In this document: positions 12,879-28,331 of the stretch, one piece after another | Layout: each line of letters opens with the position of its first letter | Position numbering within the stretch: the stretch's first letter is position 1 | Assembly: GCF_009914755.1 (NCBI RefSeq) | Contig: NC_060941.1 | DNA: 64,000 nucleotides | Source of the DNA: the human T2T-CHM13v2.0 reference genome, Homo sapiens | Reading direction: 5' to 3' (one strand) | Made by a program: the position numbers and the translations under genes | Notes under the pieces: generated by a model | Database searches by the model: none | Told to the model about the DNA's origin: nothing | The model's input: only the letters and a program-made list of their open reading frames with translations

Positions 12879-15133
12879 AAATTGCCAATGAAAAAAAGTC
12901 CAGGACCAGATGGATTCGCAGCTGAATTATATCAGACATTCAAAGACGAATTGGTACCAATCCTACTGACACTATTCCAAAAGATGGAGAAAGAGGGAAT
13001 TCCCCCCTAAATCATTCTATGAAGCCAGTATCAGCCTAATATCACAACCAGGGAAGGACATGACAACAACAACAAAAAAGAAAATGACAGACCAATATCC
13101 CTGATGAACACAGATGCAAAAATCCTCAACAAAATACTAGCAAACCAAACCCAATAGCATATCAAAAAGATAATCCACTATGATCAAGTGGGTTTCATAT
13201 CAGGGATGCAGGGATAAAGTCAATAAATGTGACAGAGCACATAAACAGAATTAAAAACAAAAAAATCACATGATCATCTCAATAGATGCAGAAAAAGCAT
13301 TTGACAAAATCCAACATCCCTTTATGATTAAAACTCTCGGCAAAATCAGCATTTATTAAGGTAATAAAAGCCATCCATGACAAACCCACAGCCAACATAT
13401 TATACTGAATGGGGAAAAGTTGAAAGCATACGCCCTGAGAACTGGAACGAGACAAGGAAGCCCATTTCACCACTTCTATTCAACATAGTACTGGAAGTCC
13501 TAACCAGCGCAATCAGACAAGAGGAAGAAATAAAAGGGCATCCAAATTGGTAAAGAGGAAGTCAAACTGTCTCTGATTGCTGATATGATTGAATACCTAG
13601 AAAATCCTAAAGACTTATCCATAAAGCTCCTAGAGCTGGCAAATGAATTCAGCAAAGTTTCCAGATACAAAATTAATGCACACAAATAAGTAGCTCTGCT
13701 ACACACCAACAGCGACCAAGCTGAGAATCAAATTAAGAACTCAACCCCTTTCACAATATCTGTAAATAAAATAAAATAAAATAAAATAAAATACTTGGGA
13801 ATATACCTAACCAAGGACATGAAAGACCTCTATAAGGAAAACTACAAAACACACCTGAAAGAAATCATAGGTGACACAAACAAATGGAAACACATCCCAT
13901 GCTCATGGATAGGTAGAATCAATATTGTAAAAATGACCATACTGCCAAAAGCAATCTACAAACTCAATGCAATTCCTGTCAAAATACTGCCATCATTCTT
14001 CACAGAACTAGAAAAAACAATCCTAATATTCATATGGAACCAAAAAGAGCCCACATAGCCAAGACTAAGGAAAAAGAACAAATCTGGAGGCATCACATTA
14101 CCCAACTTCATACTATACTATAAGACCATAGTTACCAAAAAGAGTATGGTATAAAAATAGGCACACAGACCAATGAAACAGAAGAGAAAACCCAGAGATA
14201 AAGCCAAATACTTACAGGTAACTAATCTTTGACAAAGCAAATGAAAACGAAACAGGGAATGGACACTCAATTCAACAACTAGTGCTGGGATAATTGGTGA
14301 GCCACATGTAGAAGAATGAAACTGGATTCTTATCTCTCACGTTATAAAAAGTCAACTCAAGATGGATCAAGACTTAAGTCTAAGACCTGAAACCACAAAG
14401 ATTCTAGAAGATGACATCAGAAAAACCCTTCTAGACATTGGCTTAGGCAAAGACTTCATGAACAATAACTCAAAAGCAAATGCAACAAAAGATAAATGGA
14501 TGGGACTTAATTAAAAAAGCTTCTGCACAACAAAAGAAATAATCAGCAGAGTTGACAGACAACCTACAGAGAGGGAGAAAATGTTCACAATCTATACATC
14601 AGACAAAGGACTAATATCCAAAAGCTACAAAGAACTCAAACAAACCAGCAACACAAAACAAACAACGCCATCAAAAAATGGGCTAAGACATGAATAGAAA
14701 ATTCCCAAAAGAAGATATACGAATGGCCAACAGGCATATGGAAAAACGCTCAACATCACTAATGATCAGGGAAATGCAAATCAAAACCACAATGCGATAC
14801 CACCTCATTTCTGCAAGAATGACCATAATAAACAAATTAAAAAATAATAGATGTTGGCATTGTTACCATGAAAAGCGAACACTTTTACACTGTTGGTGGG
14901 AATATAAACTAGTACAACCACTATGGAAAACAGTGTGGAAAGTCCTTAAAGATCTAAAAGTAGCCTAACATTTGATCCAGCAATCCCACTACTATCTACC
15001 CAGAGGAAAAAAAGTCATTATACGAAAAAGATACTTGCACACACATGTTTATAGCAGCACGATTTGCAATTGCAAAAATATGGAACCAGCCCAAATGCCC
15101 ATCAAACAATGAGATAAAGAAAATGTGGTATAT

Positions 15134-15372
15134 TATGTTCTCACTCATAAGTGGGAGTTTAACAATGAGAACACATGAACGCAGGGTGGGGAACATCACA
15201 CACCAGGGCCTTTCGGGGGGTGGGGGACTGGGGGAGGGATAGCATTAGGAGAAATACCTAATGTAAATGACGAGTTGATGGGTGCAGCATACCAACATGG
15301 CACATGTATGCCTATGTAACAAACCTGCACATTGTGCACATGTACCCTAGATCTTGAAGTATAATAACAAAA
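15134..15372 (+). mobile_element. 5'-truncated L1PA5-7-like 3'UTR inserted in L1PB1
   Basis: gggatagcattaggagaaatacctaatgtaaatgacgagttgatggg; TSD aaagaaaatgtggtatat 15116-15133/15373-15390. Confidence 0.9.
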
Positions 15373-15383
15373 AAAGAAAATGT

Positions 15384-15385
<2 letters not shown>

Positions 15386-15428
<43 letters not shown>
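15386..15428. repeat. (TA)n microsatellite
   Basis: Directly visible, continuous with the end of the TSD. Confidence 0.95.
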
Positions 15429-15431
<3 letters not shown>

Positions 15432-15786
15432 ATAAAATACTACTCAGCCATAAAAAGGAAAGAAATAATGGCATTCGCAGCAACCTGGATGGAACTGGAG
15501 ACCGTTAATCTAAGTGAAGTAACTCAGGAATGGAAAATCAAACCCTATGTTCTCACTCATGTGGGAGCTAGGCTATGAGGATGCAAAGGCATAAGAACAA
15601 TACATTGGACTTTGGGGACTCGGGGGGAAGGGTGGGGTTAAAAGACTACAAATTGGGTACACTGTACACTCCTCTGGTGATGGGTGCACCAAAATTTCAG
15701 AAGTCACCAATAAGAAACTTATTTATGTAACCAAATACTACCTGTTCCCTAAAAACCTATTGAAATATTAAAAAAAAAAAAGAAAA

Positions 15787-15855
15787 GAAACAATACAGAG
15801 AAGATTAGTATGGCCCCTGTGCAAGGATGACATCCAAATTCATCAAGTGTTCCAT
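15787..15855 (+). pseudogene. U6 snRNA processed pseudogene, 3' half, followed by A-rich tail
   Basis: atacagagaagattagtatggcccctgtgcaaggatgacatccaaattcatcaagtgttccat matches U6 3' half; (TAAA)n tail; outer TSD core atatttcctcct 8841-8852/15882-15893. Confidence 0.95.
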
Positions 15856-15974
15856 TAAAATAAATAAATAAATAAAAATATATATTTCCTCCTAGTCTAT
15901 GGCTGGCATTTTCACTTTTTTAAAGGTGCCTTTTGATAAAGCTGCAAAATGAAGTCTCAGAAGCTCTTGATAAT

Positions 15975-16190
15975 CAAGAGTAAGATTAGGGAGCATAGCT
16001 GGGAGGACATTGCAATATTTTAAGTGAAAGACATGATGATGGCTTGGAGGTAGTGAAAGCATTGTAAGGAATTGATCACATTTTGATTATATTTTTGAAG
16101 ACAGAGCGTCCAGGATTTTGCTTTAGAGAGAAAAAGCAAAAAGTCAAGAATGACTCCTACATTTTTTGGCTTCCACAATTAAAAATCTAA
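15975..16190 (-). mobile_element. L2 fragment, continuation of 5123-5520
   Basis: ggaggacattgcaata...atgatgatggcttgga...agtcaagaatgactcc...tttggctt. Confidence 0.55.
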
Positions 16191-17169
16191 AGCTTCCCCT
16201 TTTGGAAATGGCTAGCAATTTCCCTTTAGAATGAGGCACTTGCCAGAGTCTCCACTATTCCCTATTACTCCTGGAGAATAAGGTAAAATGTCAGTTGCCA
16301 TTTCTCATCATGTTTACACTACTTTTTTCCCCCCTTTACCTAATAAGCTTCTCTCATTTACAATGCCAGCCTGACTCCTAGACACCTTTGATTTTATAAC
16401 ACTAGCTATAAAGTGCCCTAGATTTGGAGTTAAGAGGCAAAGTCTTCAGCCTCAGCTGTGTGTGATACTGGGCAAATCACATTAATTTCTAAGACTCTGT
16501 TTTCCTATCAATTAGGTGCCTCTCTTGCAGGGTATGAAAAGAACCAAATTGAATAAATTGATATAAAATAATAAATATTTAGCCTGCCTTTCCTATATTG
16601 GAAAAATACCTATGATTTTACTGTTTGTTCTCATGAAGTCAAATACCCTGCTTCCTCTTTTCTGTAATACATTCCTACTTGATCTGTCTTTCTCCAGTCC
16701 CTCCTTCCAATGTAGTTACCACCAGATATTCTATCTAATAAATCTTTTTTGGTTTCACTTGTCCCAGCACACTTTGCTGCCACCTTTGATTTGACTTTGA
16801 CCTGGCTTTGATTTGGTTCTGTTCCTCCATGGGGCAGCCCTTAGCCTGTATTTCTGTGCCACAAATTAGGCATCTCCTTTACAAATGTCACTTCTTTACT
16901 AACTACCCCTGCCACTGACAATGACCTTTATCCTCTGATCTCCAGCAGCACTTACTGGTTTCGTGGGACTTTTTAATTGTTTCCTATTCTTTCAAAGTGT
17001 TAATTCATTACGGGCAGAAGCCATCATGTATTTCTTTTAAACCTTCTCTCTCCTAAAGGTGCCAAAATGCTAAACATGGAGTAGCCACTCAATATACACT
17101 AAACTGAATTCTGAAACCAATTTACTACCTGCTTTTTCCTATGCCACGGAACAGAGTCTTAAATGCAAA

Positions 17170-17365
17170 CTACAACATTGGACCCAGGCATATCCAAGTT
17201 GAAATATTGTCTCTGCCTCTCAGTTTTCTGTGAGACCATGGGCAAAATGGCCCTCTGAGCTCCATTTCCTTGTAGGGATAAAAGAGCCTGTTGAAGATGG
17301 TTGTTTGGGGTATTAAATTGAATAGATAAAGTGCCTGGCTCAGGTAAGTATTTAGTAAATATCAG
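17170..17365 (+). mobile_element. MIR
   Basis: gaccatgggcaaa...ctctgagctccatttcct...aagtgcctggctcaggtaagtatttagtaaat. Confidence 0.55.
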
Positions 17366-17377
17366 GTCCTTTTCCTA

Positions 17378-17690
17378 AACAGCTTTATTAAAGTACAATT
17401 TATTTTTAGTAAATGTAGACTATTATGCAACCATCACAACAGTCCAATTTTAAGACATTTTCATTGTTCCCCTGCCCACACAAAAAAGATTCCCCATAAC
17501 CCTTTCTGGTCAATTTTTGCTCCTACCCCCAGCTTCAGGCAATCACTAATCTATTTTGTGTCTACAGATCTGCCTATTCCAGATATTTTGTATAAATAAA
17601 CTTGGGTCATATGTGGTCTTTTGCATCTGCCTTTTTATTTTTTTTCATTTAGCAGATGTGTTTGAGGTCCATCCATGTTGTAGCAGGTAT
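17378..17690 (-). mobile_element. old L1M 3' fragment
   Basis: aacagctttattaaagtacaatt...gcaaccatcacaac...ggcaatcactaatcta...gtccatccatgttgtagca. Confidence 0.7.
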
Positions 17691-19877
17691 TGTTAAGACG
17701 AGGAAAACACTTTCATTTCTGCTTCTTTAAAAAAGGAAGAATATTCATCTCCAAAGGTTTAGGAGAAAGTAGGCAATGTTGTTGGATCTACTTGGATGCG
17801 TATCAAAGTTGATATGTGGTCAGATGTCATCTGTACAAAACACCTTTTGTTTTTTCTAGGAAGTGTCCTATGCATTTCAAATACATCTTGGCACACATGT
17901 GTGTGATGGATTATTTCAAAATATTGTATTGTCCAATCACTGTGAATGGACCACACACTAAATATCATGAGAACAAAAGGACTGAGGAAATCAGTTCCAG
18001 TAAATTAAGATCCACTTAGATGGCACTCCCCTGAGCAACCTTCATTTGAACTTGACTAGAATAATTATAAGGTTTTGTTCAATTTTGGCCTCAGTTGTGC
18101 ACATCTCACTAATAGCAGAAATAGCAACAAATATTTTTTTCAGTCTATATTTTTTCTTGTACACACATAATTTATGACATAAGTCAAAGAAAATACACCT
18201 TCATTTTAATTATTGAACTTTACTAAGTATGCTGTTTTCGACAAGGAAGATCTCTTTAAAGACAAACTTGATATGACATTGGAATGAAGCATTTGAGAGG
18301 CTCATTCAAGCCTCAAACTGGAAGGAGAAAAAAAAATCAGAGTTTTGCTATTGAATACCATTTAATTTTGTAGAGAAAGAATTTCCTACATGGCACTGTG
18401 AAAGAGTTAACATGCTTATGAAAGATTCAAGAATTTTCAGTGAAGGAGAAATGTATTGAATAGGAAAATTGTCCTATTCAATATTCCTAAAATATTTACT
18501 ATTTTCTCAGAAATATGTGGCAGCATAATGTTATCATTTTTAAACTGCTACCAGTGGCAATGTGGATATCACTGTCATCTTTGAGATGTTTTGCAAATAT
18601 TTCTTTCCCTGGCCAAGCCACAAATTCACTTTGTGCCCAGTTAAATCCTCATAAAATAGTGTCTTTGACAAATGATTGTTTTTTTCCTTCCCAACCCAGA
18701 GAAATGCCAGACTGAGCTATTTTCACTTTTGGTGGGAAATGTTCCATTTAGACTGACGCAAAATTACGTGGCAAATATCCTGAGGTTCTTTTCTTGTCAT
18801 ATGGCTGACTTCAGAGTTGTGAAAATGACCTGACAATTGTAATAAAATATAGCTAATAATAGTATGTTAACATCTTTCACTTTATTCCAAGCATGTTACA
18901 TCAATTGTCTCATTTATTTGTGTACAGCAAATATTTTGCATATAGGGAATAGCCAATTGTTACTGGTATACAACGCTGAGTTAAGTAGGGGAACTGAGAT
19001 CAAGGAAGGCTAAACAGTTTACCTATGATCAGTAAATGGCAGCCTCATTCTTCACCATCTTTAATCATTTTATATTAGTCTCATATAATTAGACTTTGAT
19101 CCACCTATTTAAAAATATTGAAAACATTGATAAGTATCTTTTGGGGTTATATACACAAAAATTAGTGTCCCTATATCTAAAATTTTCCCTGCAAAACCAT
19201 CTACATTTTATGAATATAAATGATATAGAAGATTAATTTTAAAGCTGTTGAATGTCCGACATATATTAACATAGTAAAACTTGACTCGTAAATATACTAC
19301 TCTGTTTAGGCAAATACCTACATACATGCATAAAAAGATAGGAAGGAATCCTAGGCTATTAAAATCTTAGGCAGTCCTTAAGTGGTGAAGTTATAAAAGG
19401 TAAAATGCCTGTATTACATATACCAGGGAATTAGAATAACTTTGAAAAGCAGTGTCCCTAACTTGTTACCATGGTAATGGAGATGAATCTTGATTGGGTG
19501 GTGAACAGCCATGGTACAGGATAAAGGAAGGAGAGTCAAATAAGGATGGATGGGCAGCAGATGTTCTTGACTCACTAATCTATTTTTTTTAACCATGTCT
19601 CTTTTTACCCACGATCCATACTGTATATACCAACTATCTTAGCCTCGTTGTTGATCCCTATATATATCAAAAATAATCCATGAGGCAATTTTTGGCGGCA
19701 TTCATAGTGGTTACCACCATCTCCATATCCATGCTTTCCTCTTTAATACATTTGGATGAGCTTCTTCATCTCCACTCCACCTCATGTGAGCTACCACTTT
19801 TTTACCTCGTAACAAGGAGACTAGAACTCAATGACCCGAGAACAAAGTTTGAAAGACGGGCCATTCTTAATCTAGAA

Positions 19878-20098
19878 ACGGGGCCAATGAACTGTTTCCG
19901 TAAAGGGGCAGATGAACAAATATTTTCGGGTTTGCGAGACCAAGAGGTCTCGCTCTTCTACTCAACGACCATTGTAGTGCAAAAGCAGCCATTGACAATG
20001 CCTACATTGTCAATGTAGTGTGGTGGTGTTCTAATAAAACTTTAAACACTGGCAGTGGGCCACATTTGGCCTGTGGGCACGTGGTTTGCCAACCCCTG
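19878..20098 (-). mobile_element. MER58A-like hAT MITE
   Basis: cgtaaaggggcagat...aatattttcgggtttgc...gcagccat...aataaaacttt...gtttgccaacccctg. Confidence 0.8.
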
Positions 20099-21404
20099 GT
20101 TTGGAATGATGTACCCCATAATTCTAGTGCTAGGCCCTTGGTGAAACCTTTTAGCCCTCCTTCATAGTCACGCAAAAGCAGGGACTGTAAGCATCCCATG
20201 AACAAGGGCCTCATTGCAGCCGCAGAGCCTGGTCTCTCCTGAGTCTTGTTTTGGTATTGTGTCCTTGGATATTTTTGTTCAACAGTACCAGAAGATCAAA
20301 TATCATCATTATTTTTAGCATTCTCTCTGAATATATTTTTTAAACTGTTTGGGAAAATGTTTCGTCTCTAGCTAATAAATGCTGATGTCATGAAAAACAA
20401 TTAGAGTAATGTTTTCCTCAACAGGGACTAACTGAGGTCATTTTCAGGGGGATATTGTCTTAGTTACATGGAGCAGCCAGGCAGTGTCAGACTTCACACA
20501 TAAGTTTGTTTGTACAACGACATGTCTGTGGCTACTGGGCTTATGTTTTTAAGAGTTGGGTGTACTCTGCCACACAATTTGGATTTTTAAAAATTAAAGG
20601 CTTGCGTTTGGTAGTTTCAGAGGGTTTGTGTCATGGAAAGAGAGAATGAATGATTCAAATAGTAAACACATCCGTCTTTTCAATAGGCTCTTATTTGGCA
20701 TAGCATTTGAACACAGCCCTCTTGAAAGGAATAATGATGGCCTGAGTTTCCACATGCCTACGTGACCACATGGCAAAAAGATGGACAACAATGTATCCAA
20801 GGGATATATCAACAATTTTCAGCATGAGAATTGTTCAGGGAAGGGCTCTTGGCAGAGATCTGAAGGGAAGCTTTTAGTGTAGCTTCCTTTTCAAATCCTA
20901 AATCAAGCCACCATGCTCAGTCTCTCACTTTAATAAGCACTAAATCCACATGCTAGGTTTCAAAAGAAAGAAAAAACCTACTTTAACTGCTAAAACTTCC
21001 CTGAAACATACTCAGGGGAACAGGGCACATATGGTGTTGTAATTTTTTTAAAGCAAGACATCTGTAGTATTCGAGAAATGGCTGAAATCTGTTGGATTTC
21101 AGAAACTTTTATAAGCTGAACTCCAAAATAGATAAATTATTTTTATTAGACTCAGCAATGGTCAATTTGTGAAGAAAATTCTACCTGAGAAACGACTTTT
21201 CAAAAGCAGAACTTTGGTAGTGTATATGTTTAGATCTTGATTTCAAACAGTAAGTGCTAAGAAAATTAATTTCCAATGCATGTGTGATTGAGTACAGCTG
21301 CAAAGATCCTGAGCATAGATAACAGGAAACAATGGTGAGCCTGTCAGTTTTCTTGCTGTGACCTCTCTAGGCAGTATGTCTGAGTGCTTGGCGCTGACTA
21401 TTGG

Positions 21405-21790
21405 TTCAATAAATAATTATTGAACACCTACTATATGACAGGCATTGTGCGAGGCCCTTGGAATGCAACAATACACAAACCAGCCTGCACAGAGCTTAAA
21501 TCTAAAAGTGGATATTAAAAAGGACAGATAATTAATTGACTACAATAGGGTCTGGGAAAGGAAACTTACTTAAGAAGCTGGCTTCTACCTGGAGATTGAA
21601 CACTAAATATGTGTTGGCCAAGGCAATGACTAGCCAGGGAGTCTTTCAGGCAGCAGGAAGAGCATTTAGGCTTTTAGGAAAAAAACATATGATGTGTTTG
21701 AAGGAAGCAAAGTGTGTTTGCAGAGCTGGAGCAAAGAAAATGAAGGGAGCAGAAGCAAATAATTCTAGGAGTCATGGATAAGTACTAGAG
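21405..21790 (-). mobile_element. L2 fragment
   Basis: ttattgaacacctactatatgacaggcattgtgcgaggcc... Confidence 0.6.
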
Positions 21791-21848
21791 GAGTTTGGAT
21801 AACGCAACAAGGATGGAAGATATCATCTGCAGAATCCCTAACTCCCTT

Positions 21849-22193
21849 TGCTGTGGTTTGAATGATGGTGTCCCCTCCAATATTCATGCTGAAACTCAAT
21901 CTGTAATGTAAATGTCTCAAGAAGTGTGGTCTTTGGGTGGTGATTGGGTCATAACGGAAGTGCCCTCATAAATAAGATCAAGGCCTTTATAAGGAAGGCT
22001 TCACACATGGTTTGGCCCTCTTGCTCTTCGTCATTCTCTCCTGTGAAACACAGCAAGAGGGCCCTTACCAGAGACCAAAAGCCAGTTCCTTGATCTCGGA
22101 CCACCCAGCGTATAGAACTGTGAGAAATCCTTTTTAATTGTTTAAAAATTACCCAGTATGTGGCATTTTGTTATAGCAGCACAAACAAAGACA
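21849..22193 (+). mobile_element. MaLR solo LTR (MSTC/MLT1A-like)
   Basis: tgctgtggtttgaatg...ttgttatagcagcacaaacaaagaca; perfect 5-bp TSD CCCTT (21844-21848/22194-22198). Confidence 0.85.
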
Positions 22194-22421
22194 CCCTTTA
22201 AGAGTGGATTTCCCCAAAGCACTTTGGAAATATATAGATATCTGTATAGATAGATACTGATCTCTCTTTCTCTCTCTCTATATATATATACACACACACA
22301 TATATATGGCTCTCTCTCTCACTGTCTCTCTCTCTCTCTCGCTATATATATATGGCACTTTCTATCTGAAAATAGAGTATATTTCAGTATATATATAATA
22401 ATCTTTATATTAGACATATAA

Positions 22422-22808
<387 letters not shown>

Positions 22809-23549
22809 GATTAAGCCATTTCTTGAGTCATTGAACACAAAATGTATGCTATGGCTTCTGTGTTATGTAGAAATAAGTAAAATCAATTAGTAAACAGATT
22901 ATCTCAGAAGAAATGGTATCAAGAAGAACAAGTATGCTACGTGAGGTATAGGTGTCTGGTGCACTGAGAATCATATAAAAACGTGCAGATATTCCAAATT
23001 TTTCATAACGATGAACTCCTTTTTAACAAGGAAGTGACTAAAACTACTTTCCAATGGAAGCAAAATCAATTAAAATTGCTCTGGAACAGAGAAGAAAAAA
23101 GAAATCTCACCACTCTAAAATTGATTTTCACTTTTCAGTTTTTGTAAATTGTTGCCCAGATTGGTATATTTTACAGTGACAATCATGTCTTCTTTTTAAT
23201 GTTTTTTGACTTAAAGTTACTTTCTATATTTCAAAAGATTCTGCATCATTATCATTTATAATAACTGCAAACATTTCAACTCAAAATAATTGTGACTTAA
23301 TTCTGATTATGTGTCAGTGTGGGATGATTGAGAAAGTTGTTTAAAAAGGAAAAAGGTTTTCTGCACTAAGGTTTAATGTAGGCTTAAATCACTAATTTAA
23401 GTAAAAAGAAATGAGCCATTTTAATGAAATTGCTGGAACAGTATACAGTCATTTACTCCTAAAATTTAGCAAACCCAGAATGAATGCTTATATTTCAGTA
23501 ATCTGAGTGTTTGTTCCAACTACTAATTATTTAAATACTACTGATTATT

Positions 23550-24450
23550 TTTAATAGTCTTCATTTTTTAGAGCAGTTTTAGGTCCACAACAAAACTGAA
23601 GGTAAGTATAAAGAGTCTCCATTTGCCCCTTGCCCCCATGTAGGCATAGCCTACCCTATTATCAATAACCTCCATCAGAGTGGAACATTTGTAACAACTG
23701 ATGAGCAGATGTACTAATACACTGATGCATTATTAACACCCAAATTCCACAGTTTACATTATAATTCACTTTGTGTCATACATTCTCTGGATATGGAAAA
23801 ATGTATAACAACATGTATCCACCATTATTATACTATTATATTATAAACCAGCATAGTCCTCACTGCCCTAAATATCTTCCACACTCCACCTGTTTACCTG
23901 GATATGCCTGCTCACCCCTTGCAATGACTGACCTTTTTACTGTCTGTATAGTTTTGCCTTTTCCAGAATGTTATCTAGTTGGAATCATATAGTATGTAGC
24001 CTTTCACCTTAGATTCTTTCATTTAATAATATGTGCTTAAATGTTTTCCATGTATTTTCATGACTTGATACTTCATTTATTTTCAGTATTGAATTATATT
24101 CCATCGTCTCGATGTACCACAGTTTATTTATCCACCTTCCTACTGAGAGACACCTTAGTTGCTTTTAAGTTTTGGCAATTATGAATAAAGCTGCTATGAA
24201 CATCAGAGTATAGGTTTTTATATGGATATAAGTTTCCAACTTATTTGCCTTAATACCAAGGAGTGCAGTTGTTGGTTCATAGGACAAGAGTATATTTAGT
24301 CTTGCAGGAAACTGCCAAACTGTCTTCCAAAGTGGTGGTACCATTTTTGCCTTCCCACTAGAAACAAATGAGAGCTTCCATTGGTCCAAATCCTCACTAG
24401 CATTTGGTATTGTTAGTACTTCAGATTTTTATCATTCTAATAGATGTACA
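23550..24450 (-). mobile_element. L1MC/MD-like 3' fragment
   Basis: ttttagagcagttttagg...catcagagtggaacatttg...aaactgccaaactgtcttccaaagtgg. Confidence 0.8.
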
Positions 24451-24769
24451 GAGCTATTAATTATTCTTTTTTTAAAAGAAACACAAAACAAAAGAAGTCC
24501 TGCTGTAGCAAGGACTTGAAATAATTTTGCCAGAATTCTTTCTTAGCAGTTGGTTGTTTTCATCATGAAGGCAAAAAGTATTGATAATATAATGAAACTT
24601 TATTTCTTGCCACCTAGGAGGGAAGATAACAGACCATACAGTTCTTTTTCTTGGTGTTCTGGTTTTTTTTTTTTTTTTTAACCTTTCTTATTTAACATTT
24701 TTTATCAGGAGTATGGATAAAAATAAAGAAAATAATGATAAAACGTGCAATTGACTCAACACACACTGT

Positions 24770-25560
24770 TCGGTTTTCTCTGTCTTTAGGCCACACCCAT
24801 CACATTTGCTCTTACACCGCTGTGAAACCGCTTTTATCAAGATCACCAACAACTCCTTGCCAAATCCAAAAACGAATCACCTGGCCTCTCTTTACTGGAC
24901 TTTGGCAGGTTCCATATGCCACACTCACTTATAACTTTATTCATCTCTCTGAACACAATGAACATATCTTCTCCTTCTATGACCCTCACTACACTGTGTC
25001 TTATCCAGCTCTAAACATCAGAGTCCAAAGGACTCAGCCATAGAATCTCTCCTCTTTGCTAAATACACTTTTTTCCCTAAGTAATCTCATTCAATCCTAT
25101 GGATTTAAAAATCATCTATCTGCTGATGAGTTCAAAATTTATAGCTCTAGTCCTGAACCTTCCCTGAACTCTAAACTCATAAACCCAACTCTAAAACTTA
25201 AAATACACAGAACAATTGATTCATAAATCTTTTTTTCACACACCCTCTTCCACACCCTAGATGCTATATTCTGCAGTTTCACGCTTCTCAGAAAATATTT
25301 ATTTTTTCTGTTGGCTGACTTAAGCCAAAAAGTTCAAAGTCAGCTTTCATTTCTCTTTCTCACTGACCATTCTCAATAGACAAGTCGATATATGTTTTTA
25401 CAGCTCTATCCTCAAGACATCCCAAATGTTTCTATTCATCACCGTCTCCTGCCAAGCAGTCACTGTGTCTCACCCAAACTGCTAATGCTGTTCACCTGTC
25501 TTTCTCCTTCCACTCTTGTTTCTATATGGAGCAGTCTTCACACAGCGGCTGGAGTCACAT
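24770..25560 (+). mobile_element. L2 fragment (continues ~26745-27310)
   Basis: tcaagatcaccaac...ttgccaaatccaa...catctatctgctgatgagttcaaaatttatagctctagtcctgaacct. Confidence 0.65.
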
Positions 25561-25565
25561 GACAT

Positions 25566-26742
<1,177 letters not shown>

Positions 26743-26744
26743 TC

Positions 26745-27310
26745 TATTAAAAATTTAAATCAGATTATGTCTCTCCTCTGTAATTCCCCCTAATGCCTTA
26801 CATTGTATTTAGAATAAAAGACAAACTGCAAATCTATCTCATAGCCTTCAAGATTCGACATGATCTGGCCCCTGTTGACTCCTCATCTCCAACCATTTTT
26901 CTCTTTGCAGACTGGTCCACTCACATTCACTTTCTTTTCATCCCTTGAGTGTGTCAAGCTTATCCTTCCTTGGAGACTTCCCTGTTGCTGTTCTCTGACT
27001 CTGTAATCTTCTTTTAGATACGGGCAAATCTGCCACCTCATTTCTTTTCCGACTACTAAAACATCACTTTTTCAGAGCGCTCTTCCTAGATTTCATTATC
27101 TGTCACTCTCCCCACATTCTACCACGAGCACCATGGCCCTTTGTTAATTGTTTTCATACCACGTATCACTACATAGAATTATATATTTTTATTCATTGGT
27201 AGATTATATGTTTCTCTTTTACTAAATAATTGCCTTGTTCATCACTGTGGCTCTAGAACCTAGAAAAATGCCTGGGATACAGTAGACTCTCAGTAATTCT
27301 TGTCGAAAAA
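26745..27310 (+). mobile_element. L2 3' end
   Basis: catgatctggcccctg...tagaacctagaaaaatgcctgggatacagtagactctcagtaattcttg. Confidence 0.65.
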
Positions 27311-27338
27311 TAAAAGTAACTGTAAAAAACTGAACTGA

Positions 27339-27635
<297 letters not shown>

Positions 27636-27695
27636 CAAATTTATTTTTTAAATACAAGTTATACAAAATACATGTTCTTCTTACCCTCCACCCCT

Positions 27696-28331
27696 TGTTA
27701 TGATCTAAAGCAGGTTTCTCCCAAAATTCCTACAGGAGGTTGAAGTCCTAACTCCTAGTATGTCAAAATATGACTGTATTTGGAGACAGGAAATTTTATT
27801 TTAGCACTCAGGGAACTACAACCAGGAGCCCAACTTGTTTTGGATTGGGGTTGGGGATAGACACGAAGAGGTGGGGCAGGAAGAAGAAAGGGCTGGTTCA
27901 TTTTACATATACATATTTTATTTATAATATATCTATGTGTCTGGGCATCTCTATGCTGTTATCATAAAATCTGAATTGTACAAATAAAAAGTTCAATTCC
28001 GGGCAAAAATTATTAAATTAAGGCCATTAGGGTGTTTCTTAATCCAATCTGAATTGGTGTCGTTATAAGAAGAGGACAGTGGGACACATGGAGAGACACC
28101 AGATGTGTGTGCATGAAGAAATGATCATGTTGTAAAAGACAGCAACAGTGTGGCCATCTGCAGGCTAAGGAAAGAGACTTGGAATAGATACTTCCCTGTG
28201 GCAATCAAAGGAAACCACCTCTGCTGCCAGCTTGATCTTGGACAACCAGCCTCCAAAACTGTGAGAAAATAAATTCCTGTTGTTTAAGTCCATTCTGTCT
28301 GTGGTATTTGGTTATGGAAGCCTAAGCTGAC
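27696..28331 (+). mobile_element. MLT1B-like LTR (last bases displaced to 30165-30176)
   Basis: gttgaagtcctaactcctagta...gactgtatttggagacagg...gtgtcgttataagaagagg...aactgtgagaaaataaattcctgttgtttaag; terminal actaataca after MER21. Confidence 0.75.

Noticed and set aside
17821-17833. CAGATG-T-CATCTG double E-box palindrome
   Set aside because: A 6-bp-arm palindrome is expected many times in 64 kb; no other support.
19680-20018. 112-aa ORF
   Set aside because: Runs into MER58A, no recognisable domain.
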